64,000 nt of DNA. Source: Eledone cirrhosa (taxonomy: Eukaryota). A model generated the notes under the pieces. The model was given only the letters and a program-made list of their open reading frames with translations. It searched no databases and was not told the DNA's origin. The stretch spans positions 211,482,001-211,546,000 of the forward strand of contig OZ024743.1 in the NCBI GenBank assembly GCA_964016885.1, written 5' to 3'. Positions 57,301 through 64,000 of the stretch are shown one piece after another (the first letter of the stretch is position 1; every line of letters begins with the position of its first letter). Both the position numbers and the translations under genes were made by a program.

Positions 57301-60300
57301 TATGTCATACATACTAGGATTACTGGATATGTCATATATACCAGGATTACTGGATATATGTCATATATACCAGGATTACTGGATATATGTCATATATACC
57401 AGGATTACTGGATATATGTCATATATACCAGGATTACTGGATATATGTCATATATACTTGGATTACTTGATATATGTCATATATACCAGAATTACTGGAT
57501 ATATGTCATATATACCAGGATTACTGGATATATCTCACATATACCAGGATTACTGGATATATGTCATATATACCAGGAATACTGGATATATGTCATATAT
57601 ACCAGGATTACTGGATATATCTCATATATACCAGGATTACTGGATATATGTCATATATACCATGAATACTGGATATATGTCATATAGACCAGGAATACTG
57701 GATATATGTCATATATACCAGGATTACTAGATATATGTCATATATACAAGGATTACTGGATATATGTCATATATACCAGGATTACTGGATATATGTCATA
57801 TATACCAGAATTACTGGATATATGTCATATATACCAGGAATACTGGATATATGTCATATATACCAGGATTACTGGATATATCTCATATATACCAGGATTA
57901 CTGGATATATGTCATATATACCAGTATTAATGAATATATGTCATATATACTAGGATTACTGGATATGTCATATATACCAGGATTACTGGATATATGTCAT
58001 ATATTCTAGGATTACTGGATATGTCATATATACCAGGATTACAGGATATATGTCATATATACCAGGATTACTGGATATATGTCATATATACCAGGATTAC
58101 TGGATATATCTCATATATACCAGGATTACTGGATATATGTCATATATACCAGGTTTACTGGATATATGTCATATATACCAGGATTAGTGGATATATGTCA
58201 TATATATCAGGATTACTGGATATATCTCATATATACCAGGATTACTGGATATATTCTTATATATACCAATAATACTGGATATATGTCATATATACCAGGA
58301 TTACTGGATATATGTCATTTATACCAAGATTACTGGATATATGTCATATATACCAGGATTACTGGATATATCCCATATATACCAGGATTACTGGATATAT
58401 GTCATATATACCAGGAATACTGGATATATGTCATATATACCAGGATTACTGGATATATCTCACATATACCAGGATAACTGGATATATGTCATATATACCA
58501 GGAATACTGGATATATGTCATATATACCAGGATTACTGGATATATCTCATATATACCAGGATTACTGAATATATGTCATATATAGCAGGAATACTGTATA
58601 TATGTCATATATACCAGGATTACTGGATATATGTCATATATACCAGGATTACTGGATATATCTCATATGCCAGGATTACTGGATATATCTCATATACCAG
58701 GATTATTGGATATATCTCATATATCAGGATTAATGGATATATCTCATATACCAGGATTACTGGATATATATCATATATACCAGGATTACTGGATATATGT
58801 CATATACCAGGATTACTAGATATATCTCATATATACCAGGATTACTGGATATATGTCATATGTACCAGGATTACTGGATATATGTCATATATACCAGGAT
58901 TACTGGATATATCTCATATATACCAGGATTACTGGATATATGTCATATATACCAGGATTACAGGATATATCTCATATACCAGGATTACTGGATATATCTC
59001 ATATACCAGGATTACTGGATATATCTCATATACCAGGATTACTGGATATATATCATATATACCAGGATTACTGGATATATGTCATATACCAGGATTACTG
59101 GATATATCTCATATATACCAAGATTACTGGATATATGACATATATACCAGGATTATTAGATATATGTCATATATACCAGGATTACTGGATATATGTAATA
59201 TATCCCAGGATTACTGGATATATGTCATACATACTAGGATTACTGGATATGTCATATATACCAGGATTACTGGATATATGTCATATATACCAGGATTACT
59301 GGATATATGTCATATATACCAGGATTACTGGATATATGTCATATATACCAGGATTACTGGATATATGTCATATATACTTGGATTACTTGATATATGTCAT
59401 ATATACCAGAATTACTGGATATATGTCATATATACCAGGATTACTGGATATATCTCACATATACCAGGATTACTGGATATATGTCATATATACCAGGAAT
59501 ACTGGATATATGTCATATATACCAGGATTACTGGATATATCTCATATATACCAGGATTACTGGATATATGTCATATATACCATGAATACTGGATATATGT
59601 CATATAGACCAGGATTACTGGATATATGTCATATATACCAGGATTACTAGATATATGTCATATATACAAGGATTACTGGATATATGTCATATATACCAGG
59701 ATTTCTGGATATATGTCATATATACCAGAATTACTGGATATATGTCATATATACCAGGAATACTGGATATATGTCATATATACCAGGATTACTGGATATA
59801 TCTCATATATACCAGGATTACTGGATATATGTCATATATACCAGTATTAATGAATATATGTCATATATACTAGGATTACTGGATATGTCATATATACCAG
59901 GATTACTGGATATATGTCATATATTCTAGGATTACTGGATATGTCATATATACCAGGATTACAGGATATATGTCATATATACCAGGATTACTGGATATAT
60001 GTCATATATACTAGGATTACTGGATATATCTGATATATACCAGGATTACTGGATATATATCATATATGCCAGGATTACTGGATATATGTCATATATACCT
60101 GGATTACTGGATATATGTCATATATACCAGGATTACTGAATATATGTCATATATACCAGGAATACTGGATATATGTCATATATACCAGGATTACTGGATA
60201 TGTCTCATATATAGCAGGATTACTGGATATATCTCATATACCAGGATTACTGGATATATCTCATATACCAGGATTACTGGATATATATCATATATACCAG

Positions 60301-60950
60301 GATTACTGGATATATGTCATATACCAGGATTACTGGATATATCTCAGATATACCAGAATTACTGGATATATGACATATATACCAGGATTATTAGATATAT
60401 GTCATATATACCAGGATTACTGGATATGTCATATATACCAGGATTACTGGATATATGTCATATATACTAGGATTACTGGATATGTCATATATACCAGGAT
60501 TACTGGATATATGTCATATAAACCAGGATTACTGGATATATGTCATATATCCAGTAATCCTAGTATATATGACATATATACCAGGATTTCTGGATATATG
60601 TCATATATCCAGTAATCCTAGTATATATGATATATATACCAGGATTACTGGATATATGTCATATACCAGGATTACTGGATATATCTCAGATATACCAGGA
60701 TTACTGGATATATGTCATATATACCAGGATTAGTGGATATATGTCATATACACCAGGATTACTGGATATATCTCATACATACCAGGATTACTGGATATAT
60801 GTCATATATACCAGAATTACTGGATATATGTCATATATACCAGGATTACTGGATATATCTCATATATACCAGGATTATTGGATATATGTCATATATACCA
60901 GGTTTACTGGATATATGTCATATATACCAGGATTAGTGGATATATGTCAT
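51400..60950. repeat. About 4.44 kb HOR of the 29-mer containing an internal ~1.92 kb duplication; boundaries approximate
   Basis: Equivalent ORF starts just after the CCATGAATAC marker fall at 53264, 55183, 57706 and 59626 (offsets 1919, 1920, 4442, 4443). Inverted doublets at 56108 and 60551 (4443). Confidence 0.85.
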
Positions 60951-63900
60951 ATATACCAGGATTACTGGATATATCTCATACATACCAGGATTACTGGATA
61001 TATGTCATATATACCAGGATTACTGGATATATGTCATATATACCAGGATTACTGGATATATGTCATATATACCAGGATTACTGGATATATGTCATATATA
61101 CCAGGATTACTGGATGTATGTCATATATACCAGGATTACTGGATATATGTCATATAGACTAGGATTACTGGATATATGTCATATGTACCAGGAAAACTGG
61201 ATATATGCCATATATACCAGGATTACTGGATATATCTCATATATACCAGGATTACTGGATATATTCTTATATATACCAAGAATACTGGATATATGTCATA
61301 TATACCAGGATTACTGGATATATGTCATATATACCAAGATTACTGGATATATGTCATATATACCAGGATTACTGGATATATCCCATATATACCAGGATTA
61401 CTGGATATATGTCATATATACCAGGAATACTGGATATATGTCATATATACCAGGATTACTGGATATATCTCACATATACCAGGATTACTGGATATATGTC
61501 ATATATACCAGGAATACTGGATATATGTCATATATACCAGGATTACTGGATATATCTCATATATACCAGGATTACTGAATATATGTCATATATACCAGGA
61601 ATACTGTATATATGTCACATATACCAGGATTACTGGATATATGTCATATATACCAGGATTAATGGATATATCTCATATGCCAGGATTACTGGATATATCT
61701 CATATACCAGGATTATTGGATATATCTCATATATCAGGATTACTGGATATATCTCATATACCAGGATTACTGAATATATATCATATATACCAGGATTACT
61801 GGATATATGTCATATACCAGGATTACTAGATATATCTCATATATACCAGGATTACTGGATATATGACATACATACCAGGATTATTAGATATATGTCATAT
61901 ATACCAGGATTACTGGATATATGTCATATATACCAGGATTATTGGATATATGTCATATATACCAGGATTACTGGATATGTGTCATATATACCAGGATTAC
62001 TGGATATATGTCATATATACGAGGATTACTGGATATATGTCATATATACCAGGATTATTGGATATATGTCATATATACCAGGATTACTGGATATATGTCA
62101 TATATACAATGAATAATGGATATTACTGGATATATGTCATATATACCAGGATTACTGGATATATGTCATATACACCAGGATTACTGGATATAAGTCATAT
62201 ATACCTGGATTACTGGATAAATGTCATATATACCAGGATTACTGGATATATGTCATATATACCAGGAATACTGGATATATGTCATATATACCAGGAGTAC
62301 TGGATATATCTCATATATACCAGGATTACTGGATATATGTCATATATACCAGGATTACTGGATATATCTCATATACCAGGATTACTGGATATATCTCATA
62401 TACCAGGATTACTGGATATATATCATATATACCAGGATTACTGGATATATGTCATATACCAGGATTACTGGATATATCTCATATATACCAGGATTACTGG
62501 ATATATGACATATATACCAGGATTATTAGATATATGTCATATATACCAGGATTATTGGAGATATGTCATATATACGAGGATTACTGGATATATGTCATAT
62601 ATACCAGGATTATTGGATATATGTCATATATACCAGGATTACTGGATATATGTCATATATACCAGGATTACTGGATATATGTCATATATACCAGGATTAC
62701 TGGATATATCTCATATATACCAGGATTACTGGATATATGTCATATATACCAGGATTACTGGATATATGTCATATATACCAGGATTTCTGGATATATCTCA
62801 TATATACCAGGATTACTGGATATATGTCATATATCCAGTAATACTAGTATATATGACATATATACCAGGATTACTGGATATATGTCATATAGACCAGGAT
62901 TACTGGATATATGTCATATATAGCAGGATTACTGCGTATATGTCATATATACAGGATTACTGGATATATGTCATATATACCAAGATTTTTGGATATATGT
63001 CATATATACCAGGATTACTGGATATATATCATATATACTAGGATTACTGGATATATGTCATATATACAAGGTTTACTGGATATATGTCATATATACCAGG
63101 ATTACTGGATATATGTCATATATACCAGGATTACTAGATATATCTCATATAGACCAGGATTACTGGATATATGTCATATATACCAGGATTACTGGATATA
63201 TCTCATATATACCAGGATTACTGGATATATGCCATATATACCAAAATGACTGGATATAGCTCATATATACCAGGATTACTGGATATATGTCATGTATATC
63301 AGGATTACTGGATATATCTCACATATACCAGGATTACTGGATATATGTCATATATACCAGGAATACTGGATATATGTAATATATACCAGGATTACTGGAT
63401 ATATCTCATATATACCAGGATTACTGGATATATGTCATATATACCAGGAATACTGGATATATGTCATATATACCAGGATTACTGGATATATCTCATATAT
63501 ACCAGGATTACTGGATATATGTCATATATACCAGGATTACTGGATATATGTCATATATACCTGGATTACTGGATATATGTCATATATACAGGATTACTGG
63601 ATATATGTCATATATACCAGGATTACTGGATATATCTCATATATACCAGGATTACTGGATATATGTCATATATACCAGGATTACAGGATATATCTCATAT
63701 ACCAGGATTACTGGATATATCTCATATACCAGGATTACTGGATATATCTCATGTACCAGGATTACTGGATATATATCATATATACCAGGATTACTGGATA
63801 TATGTCATATACCAGGATTACTGGATATATCTCATATATACCAAGATTACTGGATATATGACATATATACCAGGATTATTAGATATATGTCATATATACC

Positions 63901-64000
63901 AGGATTACTGGATATATGTCATATATACCAGGATTACTGGATATATGTCATACATACTAGGATTACTGGATATGTCATATATACCAGGATTACTGGATAT

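Larger units (their letters stand above)
40965..64000. repeat. 29-bp AT-rich tandem satellite array (roughly 800 monomers; runs off the 3' end). Consensus CCAGGATTACTGGATATATGTCATATATA, with common 27-bp (loss of one TA) and rarer 28-bp variants
   Basis: Read directly. Continuous head-to-tail units without spacers. Main variants are GTC/CTC/GAC in the TA-rich dyad and GATTA/GAATA in the CCAG..CTGG loop. Confidence 0.99.

Noticed and set aside
40944-63861. Many overlapping + strand ORFs up to 535 aa with the repeat MSYIPGLLDICHIYQDYWIYVIYTRITGY
   Set aside because: The 29-mer has no TAA/TAG/TGA on the + strand and 29 is not divisible by 3, so all three frames read the same 29-aa cycle. The 28-bp variants shift the frame freely, and there is no unique domain or gene context. 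The minus strand has TAA and TGA in each unit, which explains the strand bias.
40965-64000. CRISPR-like array (29-bp partly palindromic repeat)
   Set aside because: The repeats are contiguous with no unique spacers, no leader and no cas genes.
1-64000. Telomeric repeat (GGTTAG in the 99-mer, or the 29-mer as a long telomere unit)
   Set aside because: GGTTAG occurs once per 99 bp and not in tandem. The 29-mer has no G-rich strand, and its kb-scale HORs point to recombinational amplification.
1-64000. Assignment to a named satellite family, species or functional centromere
   Set aside because: I do not recognise either monomer and saw no CENP-B box. This needs a database search and CENH3 data.

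Overview
The window is entirely tandem satellite DNA, most likely eukaryotic (peri)centromeric or heterochromatic sequence; I cannot name the organism or the satellite families. It holds two arrays that abut directly at 40964/40965. The first (1-40964) has a 99-bp monomer: 413 full copies plus a final 84-bp partial copy, with two higher-order-repeat (HOR) domains of about 7.0-7.2 kb and about 3.76-3.86 kb. The second (40965-64000) has an AT-rich 29-bp monomer, CCAGGATTACTGGATATATGTCATATATA, in roughly 800 copies with irregular 1.9-4.7 kb HORs and a ~20.3 kb recurrence. I find no credible genes, RNA genes, transposons or CRISPR arrays; every ORF in the track is an artefact of the stop-free + strand of the 29-mer. 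The main points of interest are that both monomers are quasi-palindromes built from dyads, and that the 29-mer array records apparent template-switch events: 13 reverse-oriented monomers from one founder event that form ~73-bp near-perfect palindromes, and one independent perfect 31-bp fold-back whose likely ancestral state is visible in a sister HOR copy.
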